Shown here: positions 1 through 9,392 of the stretch, piece after piece
Position numbering within the stretch: position 1 is the first letter of the stretch
How the letters are laid out: each line of letters starts with the position of its first letter
From: Roseburia sp. CAG:303
GTDB lineage: Bacteria > Actinomycetota > Coriobacteriia > Coriobacteriales > Coriobacteriaceae
NCBI GenBank assembly: GCA_963653375.1
Contig: CAVJWJ010000001.1
Span: 27,046 to 91,045, forward strand
Length of the DNA: 64,000 nucleotides
Direction: 5' to 3'
Translations under genes and position numbers: made by a program
The notes under the pieces: generated by a model
Database searches by the model: none
Told to the model about the DNA's origin: nothing
What the model saw: the letters and a program-made list of their open reading frames with translations, nothing else

Positions 1-17
1 TTCACCCGAAACGATCC

Positions 18-2195
18 TCATCCGCCACTAACCTCCTTAAAAATGTCTCCATAGCGCTCAACGATGCACAAGCGTAGCGGATAGGTAGCCGTCGCGGCAA
101 GGGTGGGTGCATAGTGCAAAAGCTCCATGGCGTCCTCATGAGCTGCCTCGATAATGTCGATATCAGCATCTAGGTCAACATAGCGAAGCGAAACGCCTCC
201 ATGCTGGCGAAGGCCTAAAATTTCGCCCTCATGACGCAAACGAAGATCCATCTCTGCCAGCGAAAAGCCATCGGTACTCTTCTCCAGAGATTCCAAGCGA
301 TCAGAAGCCGGAGTATGTCGCTTACCAGAAACACCTTGAGCAATTACAAAACAGGAGCCAGCTATATCACCACGTCCCACACGACCACGCAGCTGATGTA
401 AAGTGGCCAGGCCAAAACGTTCGCCGTTTTCGATAATCATCACAGTGGCGCGCGGGACATCGACACCAACCTCTACTACTGTGGTTGAGACCAAGATGTC
501 AATCTCACCCACACGGAATGCGTCTATCACACGGTCTTTCTCTCGCGCTGGTAGCTTTCCGTGCAAAAGCCCAATGCGAGCCTCAGGGAAAACATGAGAG
601 AGATGCTCCGCCTCTGCAGTAGCCGCATGAAGCAGAGTCTGCGTGCGAGGGCGACCTTCGTCATCGAAATCCAAACCAGGAACATCCTCAAGTTCATCAG
701 TGCTTTCGCGCTCGTTTACAAGAGGACAAATAACGTAAGCTTGCCTGCCTTCATCGAGTGCTGCTGCAACTGCACCGTATGCAACGTCACGATTAGTCTC
801 ATTCAGCACACGCGTTGTAACTCCTGCGCCTGCACGTGGCCGGTGCTTAATAATGCTCGTATCAAGATCGCCGTACGCAGCAAGAGCCAACGTACGCGGA
901 ATAGGCGTCGCAGTCATAACCAGCAAATCAGCGCCTGGACCTTTTGAACGCAATGCGCATCGCTGTCCCACGCCAAACCGATGTTGTTCATCGATAACTA
1001 CCAAGGAGAGGTGTGGAAACTCTACTTCATCATTGAGAACTGCATGAGTGCCAAACAAAATGTCAATCTCACCCGCACGCAGGCGCTCAAGGATAGAAGC
1101 ACGCTCAGCAGCCATAGTAGATCCCGTAAGCAGTGCACAGCGAACACCAGCTTGTTCCAAAACTGGCATACAAGAAGAAGCGTATTGTCGTGCAAGTACA
1201 CTCGTTGGCGCCATAACACAGCCCTGCGTTTGCGTATCAGCACAAGCCGCAAGCACAACGGTTGCCACAGCCGTCTTGCCGGTACCAACATCACCCAAAA
1301 GGAGGCGATTCATAACATGGTCAGGCGCTTGCATATCAGCCAAAATCTCATCGGTTGCTTGTTGCTGCTCACCAGAGAGTTCAAAGGGCAGCGCCTGTAA
1401 AACCGCCTGCACATGCTCCCCTACCACATGAGCAATGGGCGATACATCAAGCAAATTGACATCATTGCGCAGTCTTAATGCAAGTTGGAGCAAAAGAATC
1501 TCTTCATATGCCAAACGCTTACGAGCCAAATCACGCTCGCCAAATGACGAAGGAAAATGAATACAACGCAGCGCCCGAGATGCACTCATAAGCCCACGCT
1601 TTGCTCGAATACGTGCTGGTAATGGATCACAAAACGAATCAACGCGCTCAAGAGCACCCGAAACAATCCGACGCATCCATGCCGTAGAAACTTTCCCACA
1701 AGCAGGATGGACAGGCACAATAGAGCCCGCAGTAGCTGTACCATCCAACTTCTCAAAATGCGGAGAGCTCATCTGTTTAAAGCCGTAGGAAAACTCAACT
1801 TTTCCCATTACAGCTATGCGGTCGCCCTCTTTAAGCTGCTGAGCAATCCAAGGCATGCGAAAAAAAGCAACGTTCAGCAAACCTGTTGGATCAGCGAGCG
1901 TCACCTCCGTCACAACAAAATTGGGCCGCGGGCGCTTTTGAACAATGCGGTAAACATTAGCAACAATAGTTGTGACCTCACCAAGAGGAGCCGCCTCAAT
2001 AGATTTGGCATGCTGAAAATCAAGATAGCGACGCGGAATACGTGCGAGAAGGTCTCCTACAGACTCAATACCAAGCTTGCGAAGAGCCTCTTCACGTGCA
2101 CCAGATACATAAGAAAGGCGGGCGATGTCCTCATCGAGAACGCTCGCCCGCCTTAAGCGCGCGGCAACTTCTGGTGTGTCAATCCTGCGCGCCAT
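18..2195 (-). CDS. recG: ATP-dependent DNA helicase RecG
   Basis: 725-aa ORF. The translation shows SF2 helicase motifs: Walker A 'GDVGTGKT', 'VVIDEQHRFG', 'MTATPIPRT' and 'QLRGRVGRG'. It lies downstream of the asp23/DAK2 pair, as in many Gram-positives. Confidence 0.95.
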   Translation of the reverse strand: MARRIDTPEVAARLRRASVLDEDIARLSYVSGAREEALRKLGIESVGDLLARIPRRYLDFQHAKSIEAAPLGEVTTIVANVYRIVQKRPRPNFVVTEVTLADPTGLLNVAFFRMPWIAQQLKEGDRIAVMGKVEFSYGFKQMSSPHFEKLDGTATAGSIVPVHPACGKVSTAWMRRIVSGALERVDSFCDPLPARIRAKRGLMSASRALRCIHFPSSFGERDLARKRLAYEEILLLQLALRLRNDVNLLDVSPIAHVVGEHVQAVLQALPFELSGEQQQATDEILADMQAPDHVMNRLLLGDVGTGKTAVATVVLAACADTQTQGCVMAPTSVLARQYASSCMPVLEQAGVRCALLTGSTMAAERASILERLRAGEIDILFGTHAVLNDEVEFPHLSLVVIDEQHRFGVGQRCALRSKGPGADLLVMTATPIPRTLALAAYGDLDTSIIKHRPRAGAGVTTRVLNETNRDVAYGAVAAALDEGRQAYVICPLVNERESTDELEDVPGLDFDDEGRPRTQTLLHAATAEAEHLSHVFPEARIGLLHGKLPAREKDRVIDAFRVGEIDILVSTTVVEVGVDVPRATVMIIENGERFGLATLHQLRGRVGRGDIAGSCFVIAQGVSGKRHTPASDRLESLEKSTDGFSLAEMDLRLRHEGEILGLRQHGGVSLRYVDLDADIDIIEAAHEDAMELLHYAPTLAATATYPLRLCIVERYGDIFKEVSGG

Positions 2196-2210
2196 ATCTA
2201 CCTGCCAGAA

Positions 2211-3875
2211 TTATTCAATCGAGAAGATAACCGGATACAGAGGCTGCTCACCACGATGCGAGTCAATCTCCAAATCGGGCTGAGCCTCCTCAATAGCATC
2301 GAGAATAGCCTGGAAATCCTCATCAGAAAGGTCGGAGCCAGCAAGGATAGTGAGTGTGTCACCCTCTTCCTCATCCTGCATGCGATTGATGCAATCAAGG
2401 GTAACCTGAAGCACGTCAGAACCCACAACATCAATGGAGCCACCAATGATGCCCATCACATCACCTGCGTGAATAGGTGCGCCATCAGAGGCAGAGCTGT
2501 CGCGCACAGCAGTGGTGACCTCGCCATCACGAACCTCGGCAATAGCATCGGTCATAGACTCAACCACATCGTCAAACTCAGCATCAGGCAGCACAGTAAA
2601 GAGTGCGGAGAATGCCTGCGGAATAGTCTTTGTGGGAACCACAGCAACTTTCTTATCAGCACAGGCAGAAGCTGCAGCCTCGGCTGCCATGCGAATGTTG
2701 CCATTGTTAGGAAGAATGATTACGGCCTCGGCATTAACCTTCTCAACTGCCTCAAGAAGATCTGCAGTAGACGGATTCATGGTCTGGCCGCCAGAAACAA
2801 TCATGTCGACGCCAAGAGACTTAAGGATCTCGGCCTGGCCCATACCAGCAGCAACCGCAACAAACCCCAGCGGCTTTGCAGGCTCTGCTGCAGCCTCTTG
2901 ATCAGCCTTGATTTTGGCCGTACGCTCGTGCGACTCCATATCCATGTTATGGATGAAGACCTCATACACCTGGCCATACTTAAGCATATGAGCCAGCACC
3001 TTGTCTGGCGTATTGGAGTGCACGTGCACCTTGTAGTCTGGATACGAGCCAACAAGAAGCTCGCAGTCACCCATACTAGCAAGGAACTTCAGGCACTTCT
3101 CTTCGTCGAACTTCTTCTCAGCCTTAAAGAGGAACTCATTGCAATAACGGAACTCGGAGCCTTCCCAGTCGTCATTAGCCTCAATCTCAACACGACCGAG
3201 CGCATTTTCCTTAGCACTCGCAGCATCTGCATCAAAGGTGGCAGAAAAGCCCTCAATGTTGGCAGAACGCCCAAGTGCGGCAGATACAAAGTTCTCAACA
3301 AAGATAGCAAAGCCAAAGGCGCCAGAATCAACCACGCCGTTCTCCTTCAGAACAGGCAGAAGGTCAGGAGTACGCGCCACAGACTGATAGGCCTCAACCA
3401 CAATGGCATCCAAGGCATCAGCGGTAGACATCTTCTTCTTGGCACACTCATCAGCCTTGGTAGAGATGTCGCGCAGCACCGTAAGAATTGTGCCCTCAAC
3501 AGGCTTACGAACCGCCTGGAACGCAACCTTAACAGCATTGCGAAGTGCAGCTGCAACATCAGTGCTACTCACAGGATTACTTGCAGAAACGAGGCCTTCA
3601 GCCACGCCACGAAGAATCTGCGAAGTAATAACACCTGAGTTACCACGAGCACCCATGAGCGAACCATGAGTAATGGCGCCAGCAATGGCGGCCATATCAG
3701 AACCCTCGGGGAGTGCAGAAAGCTCCTTAACCACCGATGCAAGCGTAAGAGACATGTTGGTACCCGTATCTCCATCAGGCACGGGGAACACGTTTAGCTT
3801 GTTAATCTCCTCGGCCTTATCGGCGACAGCGCGAGCAGCAACGGGAAAGCACGTACGTACAGTATTGGCAATCAT
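2211..3875 (-). CDS. DAK2 domain-containing protein (YloV family)
   Basis: Carries the Dak2 motif 'FPVPDGDTGTNMSLT' near the N-terminus, and the ~550-aa length is typical of YloV. The track ORF runs to 3971. I moved the start to the internal ATG (MIANTVRT, 3875) because the longer form would overlap the asp23 gene that ends at 3904. Confidence 0.85.
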   Translation of the reverse strand: MIANTVRTCFPVAARAVADKAEEINKLNVFPVPDGDTGTNMSLTLASVVKELSALPEGSDMAAIAGAITHGSLMGARGNSGVITSQILRGVAEGLVSASNPVSSTDVAAALRNAVKVAFQAVRKPVEGTILTVLRDISTKADECAKKKMSTADALDAIVVEAYQSVARTPDLLPVLKENGVVDSGAFGFAIFVENFVSAALGRSANIEGFSATFDADAASAKENALGRVEIEANDDWEGSEFRYCNEFLFKAEKKFDEEKCLKFLASMGDCELLVGSYPDYKVHVHSNTPDKVLAHMLKYGQVYEVFIHNMDMESHERTAKIKADQEAAAEPAKPLGFVAVAAGMGQAEILKSLGVDMIVSGGQTMNPSTADLLEAVEKVNAEAVIILPNNGNIRMAAEAAASACADKKVAVVPTKTIPQAFSALFTVLPDAEFDDVVESMTDAIAEVRDGEVTTAVRDSSASDGAPIHAGDVMGIIGGSIDVVGSDVLQVTLDCINRMQDEEEGDTLTILAGSDLSDEDFQAILDAIEEAQPDLEIDSHRGEQPLYPVIFSIE

Positions 3876-3903
3876 GTTCAGTGTATCTCCGATAAACGAG
3901 GGG

Positions 3904-4308
3904 TTAGCCGCGCGACTTAAGGGCGTCAACGTGGACAGCGATAGAAAGATGCGCGGGGTCAATCTGCGCAATCTCGGCCAGAGTAAACGAAACGGAGCTT
4001 GCGAGGTTCTCGCACACCGACTTCATATTGACACCGTTTTCCAAAACAACGTGCAAATCTACCGCAAGGCCATCCTCGGTAGTAGAAACAAGGACGCCCT
4101 TACGCAGGCGCTGACCAGCGAGCAAACGGACACTCTCAGCCCCTTGGAGCTGCTCGGCCATACCAACGACGCCATAGCAAGAAAGTGCAGCGTAACCGGC
4201 GATATCGGCAATAACGTCGTTAGAGACGCTCAAGGCACCGGCGATGTTCTCAGACACGGAAATCTCCTTTCCAGATGCGCGGAGCGCATCGTCCGCGGGA
4301 GCAATCAT
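3904..4308 (-). CDS. Asp23/Gls24 family envelope stress protein (YloU-like)
   Basis: 134 aa. The segment 'VSNDVIADIAGYAALSCYGVVGMAE' is characteristic of Asp23. The gene sits directly upstream of the DAK2 gene, the conserved yloU-yloV pairing. Confidence 0.85.
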   Translation of the reverse strand: MIAPADDALRASGKEISVSENIAGALSVSNDVIADIAGYAALSCYGVVGMAEQLQGAESVRLLAGQRLRKGVLVSTTEDGLAVDLHVVLENGVNMKSVCENLASSVSFTLAEIAQIDPAHLSIAVHVDALKSRG

Positions 4309-4395
4309 CCAAACATTCTACAGCGAACCGCAAAACGCGGGCGCAATTAACTAAGCGAACACAACGGCAAGCAACGGCATTCTAACGCCCAGATG

Positions 4396-6201
4396 TTAGA
4401 ACTGACTGGCGTAAAGGTCTGCATAGAAGCCGCCTTGCGCCAGAAGCTCAGCATGGCTACCAGACTCTACGACATCGCCGTCTTTCAAAACCAAAATGAC
4501 ATCAGCGCCCTTAATGGTAGAAAGGCGATGTGCAATCACAAAGCTCGTGCGTCCAGCCATAAGGTTATCCATAGCACGTTGAATGCGCTCCTCGGTGCTC
4601 GTATCCACATTTGACGTAGCTTCATCGAGAACCAAGATGGGTCGGTCAGCCAAAATAGCACGAGCAATAGTCAGAAGCTGCTTTTGGCCCTGGCTCACAT
4701 TGGTTGCGTCCTCATTAAGCTCAAATTCATACCCGCCCGGCAAGCTACGAATAAATCGGTCAGCCAAGGCGGCACGTGCAGCCTCTTCAACCTGTTCGTC
4801 GGTTGCATCAGCATTGCCATAGCGAATATTCTCGCGCACCGTACCTTTGAACAGCCATGTCTCTTGCAAGACCATAGAGAAGTTGCGGCGCAGATCTTCG
4901 CGCGCATAATCACGCACATCTACACCGTTAACCTCAATGCTTCCTCCGCACACGTCATAAAAACGCGTAGGCAATTTCATGAGTGTGGTCTTACCTGAGC
5001 CAGAAGGACCAACGATAGCCACCGTCTGCCCCGGCTCAACCTTGCAACTAAAATCGTGAATGATGGTCTTCTCGGGCACATAGCCAAAACGCACGTGCTT
5101 AAACTCAACGCTGCCCGTACAGGGAATACCCTCCGGAGTCGTTGCCTCCGGACTCATCTCTTCTGCATCCAAGAATTCAAAGACGCGCTCTGCTGCAGCA
5201 GAAAGCTGTTGCAGCATACTCGAGACCTGAGAAAGCTGAGTTAAGGGACGGGAGAAATTACGTACGTACTGCGTGAAAGCCTGAAGATCGCCAACCGTAA
5301 TAGACCCCTGAACAGCAAGGAAGGCGCCCATTGCCACGACGCCAACGTAGCCCAGGTTAGAAGCAAAACCCATAATGGGGCTTAAGAGACCCGAGAGGAA
5401 TTGCGAACGCCAACCGGAATCATAGAGTCGGTCGTTGACCTCATCAAACTCAGCCACAGCACGCTCACGAGCATTAAATGCCTGAATGACAGTCTGCCCC
5501 GAGAAGCTCTCTTCGATGATGCCATTTGCCTGACCCAAGCAAGTCTGCTGGCTACGAAAGTACTTTTGCGAAATGCGCACGATAATTGCTACAGCAATCA
5601 TCGAAACCGGAACAATGGCAAAGGTAATACCAGCCAGCAAAACAGAGAGCGAAAGCATCTGATAAGCAACGCCAATTACCTGCGCAGTAGAGGTAATAAG
5701 CATTGTTACGCTCTGATTGAGTGACTGACTCAACGTATCAACGTCGTTGGTAACGCGCGAAAGTACATCACCAACACTACCGCTCTCAAAATAACCAAGC
5801 GGCATACGGTCGACCTTGGCAATAATTTCGCGACGCAGGCGATAGCACGCCCTCTGCGAAATGCCCGTCATAAACCAGCCTTGTACAAGATTGCAAGCAG
5901 CAGCGCTCACATACAGCACAAAGGCCGTGATCAGAATCTGTCCAATAACTTCGAAATTAACGGCGCCTGTACCAAGAATTTTGGCAGTAACGCCGTTATA
6001 CAGCTCAGTGGTAGCGCTGCCCAAAATTCGAGGACCAGTAACATTAAAAGCAACCGAAGCAATAGCAAAAAGGATAGCAAGTGCGAGCTTAACCTTCTCG
6101 CTTGCAAGATACCGAGCAAGCTTAAGGAGCGTTCCGCGATAGTTTTTCGCTTTCTCTGTAGCAGGACCACGACGCCCGCCCATGGGTCCGAGCATTAGCA
6201 T
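4396..6201 (-). CDS. ABC exporter half-transporter (TMD-NBD), partner with a deviant signature motif
   Basis: 601 aa with an N-terminal 6-TM region. Walker A is 'GPSGSGKTT' and Walker B is 'ILVLDEATS'. The signature reads 'VSQGQKQ' rather than LSGGQ. The start overlaps the stop of the upstream gene (ATGCTAATG at 6193-6201), so the first three Met codons are all possible starts. Confidence 0.9.
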   Translation of the reverse strand: MLMLGPMGGRRGPATEKAKNYRGTLLKLARYLASEKVKLALAILFAIASVAFNVTGPRILGSATTELYNGVTAKILGTGAVNFEVIGQILITAFVLYVSAAACNLVQGWFMTGISQRACYRLRREIIAKVDRMPLGYFESGSVGDVLSRVTNDVDTLSQSLNQSVTMLITSTAQVIGVAYQMLSLSVLLAGITFAIVPVSMIAVAIIVRISQKYFRSQQTCLGQANGIIEESFSGQTVIQAFNARERAVAEFDEVNDRLYDSGWRSQFLSGLLSPIMGFASNLGYVGVVAMGAFLAVQGSITVGDLQAFTQYVRNFSRPLTQLSQVSSMLQQLSAAAERVFEFLDAEEMSPEATTPEGIPCTGSVEFKHVRFGYVPEKTIIHDFSCKVEPGQTVAIVGPSGSGKTTLMKLPTRFYDVCGGSIEVNGVDVRDYAREDLRRNFSMVLQETWLFKGTVRENIRYGNADATDEQVEEAARAALADRFIRSLPGGYEFELNEDATNVSQGQKQLLTIARAILADRPILVLDEATSNVDTSTEERIQRAMDNLMAGRTSFVIAHRLSTIKGADVILVLKDGDVVESGSHAELLAQGGFYADLYASQF

Positions 6202-8531
6202 GATTGACCCTCCGCATCCTGTGCAGGTGTGGCAGCGTCGGCTTCGATTCCCAATTCGGAAGCAGAAAGCTGACTCATTGCAATTTCACGATAGGCAGCA
6301 CACGAACTCAGAAGATCCTCATGCGTACCATCGCCAACTACACAACCATTCTCTAAAACAAGAATACGATTAGCATGCATTACGCTCGCGATACGCTGTG
6401 CAACCACAACAACGGTCGAATCCTTTTTGTACTCACCAAGAGCCTGACGCAGAGCAGCATCTGTTTTGTAGTCAAGCGCAGAGAATGAATCATCAAACAC
6501 AAGCACTTTAGGACGCGGCGCCAAGGCGCGAGCAATAGACAGGCGTTGACGCTGACCACCAGAAATATTGGAGCCACCTTGCGAAATCGCGCTTTGGAAG
6601 GCGTTTTCCTTAGAGTCAACAAACTCCATTGCCTGGGCTGTTTGAGCTGCTGTTAGCATCTGGTCATCAGGCATGTCAGGATTGCCATACTTAATGTTGC
6701 TCTCAATCGTGCCTGAGAACAGCATGGTCTTTTGAGGAGCATAGCCAATCTGACTTCTCAGCTCTTCTAGGCCAATCGTTCGAATGTCAATTCCATCCAA
6801 CAAAACAGAGCCCTCAGTCACATCGTAAAAGCGCGGGATGAGCTGCACAAGCGTGGTCTTGCCTGCGCCAGTCTGGCCAATAATGCCCAAGGTCTCCCCT
6901 GGCTGAGCAGTAAAGGACACGTGCTCAAGTGCGGGAATATCACTACCAGGATAGGTAAAGGAAACATCATTAAAGGAGAGAACACCGTCCCAAGACGAAT
7001 CATCCTCGTTATCATTCATATCCTTGGTATCGTCATCCGACTCATCATTAAACTCAAGATCAAGATCGTCTGGATCGACAACAGTCGAATAGGTATCAAG
7101 AACCTCTTTAACACGGTCTGCAGCAACGTCTGCACGTGGCAGCGTTACAGCCACCATGGTTAACACCATGCAAGACCTAATAACAAGCGTGGTGTAGTTC
7201 ATGTAAGCAACAAGGTCGCCAAACTTCATGAGGCCGTCGTTTACGATTGAACCACCAAACCAAATAATGGCCAGGCTCGAAAGGTTCATAACAACAAGCA
7301 TGGCCGGCATCATGAAGGACATAGCACGGTTGGTAAAAATATACGTGTCAGTAAGCTCTTTGTTTGCGCCGTCGTAACGCTCTTCTTCGTACTTCGAACG
7401 ACCAAAAGCTCGAACCGGCACAATACCAGTAAGAATCTCACGAGCAATCAGGTTATTGCGGTCAACAAGCGACTGCATGCGGCGAAACTTTGGAATGGTG
7501 AGGCCCATCAAAATGCCAACTACCGCTGCAATAGCAAAAACCGCAGCGCCAATTACCCACTGCAAAGTCGTATTGCCAGCAGTAAATACGCGATATAGAG
7601 CACAAAAACCCAAACATGGTGAGAGCAAAACCGTTCTCATAAAGAGTACGAGCATAGATTGAATCTGCTGAATATCATTGGTACCACGTGTAATGAGCGA
7701 AGCGGTAGAGAATTGATCCATCTCGCGCGGAGAAAACGAGAGCACACGCTCGAAAAGATCGTGACGAAGTTCTCGTGCAACCGTAGCAGCCGTGCGCGAA
7801 GCATTGAGGGTTGCCAGAACAGCGCAAACAACCGAGATGCCCGCAAATGCAAGCATAATAAGGCCTTCACGCATAAGGTAGGCATTTTGGAAGTTGGTAA
7901 GGTCGATACCTGCGCGTATATAAGACTGTCGAACATACTCAATAGCGCGAGAAGAAATATCAGCGACGCCAGTATCACCAAAGACACTCATTATGTAGGC
8001 GCGATCGGAATACAGCAGGGTTGGATTAATGCCCTTTTGCTCGATAAACTGCATCAAATCGTAGGGGTACATCAAACCGTCAGACTCGCCAGTCATGTAC
8101 CTTAACAGCATGTCTTCGACATACGCTTCACCATGAGAAAAGGCACGCGCTACCTTATCTACTGGAATACCTTGGTTAAAACGAAACGCAATGACTTCAA
8201 TACCTGTCAGAAAGGACGAGATTTCATTGCGCACCGCATCATCACCTATAAAGGTCAAGCAATTGTTGGCCTGAACGTTGTCGGTCTTGACGTAGTACTT
8301 ATCCATCTTTGCTTTTTCACTTGGCGAAAGAAAAAGCTCGAGAAACTTGTAGTCGTCTTCAGAAATCCAGTCAGGCACCGTAGAGGTAATGCCAGAACCA
8401 GAAATACCGGTATCAATGATGTTTCTCATTGTTGCGGGCAAAGCCAACTCACAGTTCGCCAAAACAAGCAACAACGCTAAGGCGATAGCAAGATTTAGCT
8501 TATGGTTCTTTAAGAATCTAAGGACTTTCAC
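6195..8531 (-). CDS. ABC exporter half-transporter (TMD-NBD) with a large extracytoplasmic insert and a degenerate Walker B
   Basis: 778 aa with a GTG start. Walker A is 'GQTGAGKTT' and the signature 'ISGGQRQR' is canonical. Walker B is 'VLVFDDSFSALD', with Asp where the catalytic Glu would be. About 180 hydrophilic residues separate the first two hydrophobic helices. Confidence 0.9.
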   Translation of the reverse strand: MKVLRFLKNHKLNLAIALALLLVLANCELALPATMRNIIDTGISGSGITSTVPDWISEDDYKFLELFLSPSEKAKMDKYYVKTDNVQANNCLTFIGDDAVRNEISSFLTGIEVIAFRFNQGIPVDKVARAFSHGEAYVEDMLLRYMTGESDGLMYPYDLMQFIEQKGINPTLLYSDRAYIMSVFGDTGVADISSRAIEYVRQSYIRAGIDLTNFQNAYLMREGLIMLAFAGISVVCAVLATLNASRTAATVARELRHDLFERVLSFSPREMDQFSTASLITRGTNDIQQIQSMLVLFMRTVLLSPCLGFCALYRVFTAGNTTLQWVIGAAVFAIAAVVGILMGLTIPKFRRMQSLVDRNNLIAREILTGIVPVRAFGRSKYEEERYDGANKELTDTYIFTNRAMSFMMPAMLVVMNLSSLAIIWFGGSIVNDGLMKFGDLVAYMNYTTLVIRSCMVLTMVAVTLPRADVAADRVKEVLDTYSTVVDPDDLDLEFNDESDDDTKDMNDNEDDSSWDGVLSFNDVSFTYPGSDIPALEHVSFTAQPGETLGIIGQTGAGKTTLVQLIPRFYDVTEGSVLLDGIDIRTIGLEELRSQIGYAPQKTMLFSGTIESNIKYGNPDMPDDQMLTAAQTAQAMEFVDSKENAFQSAISQGGSNISGGQRQRLSIARALAPRPKVLVFDDSFSALDYKTDAALRQALGEYKKDSTVVVVAQRIASVMHANRILVLENGCVVGDGTHEDLLSSCAAYREIAMSQLSASELGIEADAATPAQDAEGQSC

Positions 8532-8566
8532 GCGATGGCCTTACTCCTCTGCCCCCATGGATAGAT

Positions 8567-8593
8567 AAACAAAAAGGCACCCGGAGGTGCCTT
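8567..8593 (-). terminator. Intrinsic terminator downstream of rpmB
   Basis: On the minus strand the sequence reads AAGGCACC-TCCG-GGTGCCTT followed by TTTTTGTTT. Confidence 0.75.
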
Positions 8594-8654
8594 GACAAGT
8601 TCGTGACGGAGCCGAATGTTTCGGCGTGTTCACGCGAGGCTGCCGCGAAAGAAC

Positions 8655-8843
8655 TTAGGAACGAGCGACCTTACCGGACTTAAGGCAAGTAGTGCATACG
8701 TTCATCTTACGACGAGTACCGTTAACAACAACGTAAACACGCTGAATGTTAGGACGGAACTTGCGGATGGAGACGCGGTGGGAGTGGCTGACGGAGCGAC
8801 CAGCAACAGGGTGCTTACCGCAGATTTCGCAAACTTTGGACAT
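8655..8843 (-). CDS. rpmB: 50S ribosomal protein L28
   Basis: 62 aa. 'MSKVCEICGKHPVAGRSVSHSHRVSIRKFRPNIQRV' is a typical L28 sequence. Confidence 0.97.
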   Translation of the reverse strand: MSKVCEICGKHPVAGRSVSHSHRVSIRKFRPNIQRVYVVVNGTRRKMNVCTTCLKSGKVARS

Positions 8844-9053
8844 GGTATATACCCTCCTTGGGCGGCTAGATGATGTGCCGCGTGAACAAACAGCAATGAA
8901 CTATACCACAGAAGTGATTTAGTACTCGATTTTTACACAACGAACTTGGGAAACAATAAACCCGGAGCAGAGAGACTCCCAAGCATGCGCGCAAAGATAA
9001 TACTCCACGCCACGATGCATGCAAGAACCTATTTAGTAAAAGATTGCCTGCAA

Positions 9054-9067
9054 GTAATTCGAATTAC
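9054..9067. promoter_or_regulatory. Perfect 14-bp palindrome GTAATTCGAATTAC in the adhE upstream region
   Basis: Read directly from the sequence. No binding factor can be assigned. Confidence 0.3.
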
Positions 9068-9115
9068 TCTCGCTACAAATTACTTCTGACATTCAGCATA
9101 CTAAAACTAAGTCTG

Positions 9116-9140
9116 AATGAATATTCATTGAAGCGTTTCA
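9116..9140. promoter_or_regulatory. Palindrome AATGAATATTCATT abutting a TGAA-GCGT-TTCA site (Rex-like half-sites)
   Basis: The perfect 14-bp palindrome spans 9116-9129. TGAAGCGTTTCA at 9129-9140 is a near-palindrome. The TGAA-N4-TTCA core matches the centre of the published Rex operator TGTGAA-N4-TTCACA. Confidence 0.35.
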
Positions 9141-9276
9141 GTTATTGAGCTTGTTCATTTTAATAAGTTCAAGCTTCTTCTACGCCTTGACGTGCGCCTT
9201 CTTAGAGCAAATCAACCTTGCTGTGCCATCATGAATCCTTCAATACTTCGTCACAGTTCTATTAACAATAGGCAAG

Positions 9277-9288
9277 TGAAGCGCTTCA
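9277..9288. promoter_or_regulatory. Candidate Rex-type operator TGAAGCGCTTCA (context aaGTGAAGCGCTTCAttt)
   Basis: Perfect 12-bp palindrome about 105 nt upstream of the adhE ATG. GTGAA-N4-TTCA resembles TGTGAA-N4-TTCACA, and adhE is a classic Rex regulon member in Gram-positives. Confidence 0.4.
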
Positions 9289-9392
9289 TTTATACCGTTT
9301 ATCGACAAGAAGCTACCGTTCGCCCCCAAACGGGCAGCTATCACCTAGACTGCACAGCGTAGGCACAGCCCAACTAATAGGAGGAGCTTAGC

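Noticed and set aside
2256-3638. Long antisense or alternative-frame ORFs over yloV (2256..3638), glgP (16952..18706), glgC (19271..20362), metK (33174..34250), gltX (39046..39816), sdaA (40693..41325) and the ldt gene (43276..43923).
   Set aside because: All lie inside genes whose sense translation has strong family motifs. They are frame -1 shadows caused by codon bias or GC-rich alternative frames.
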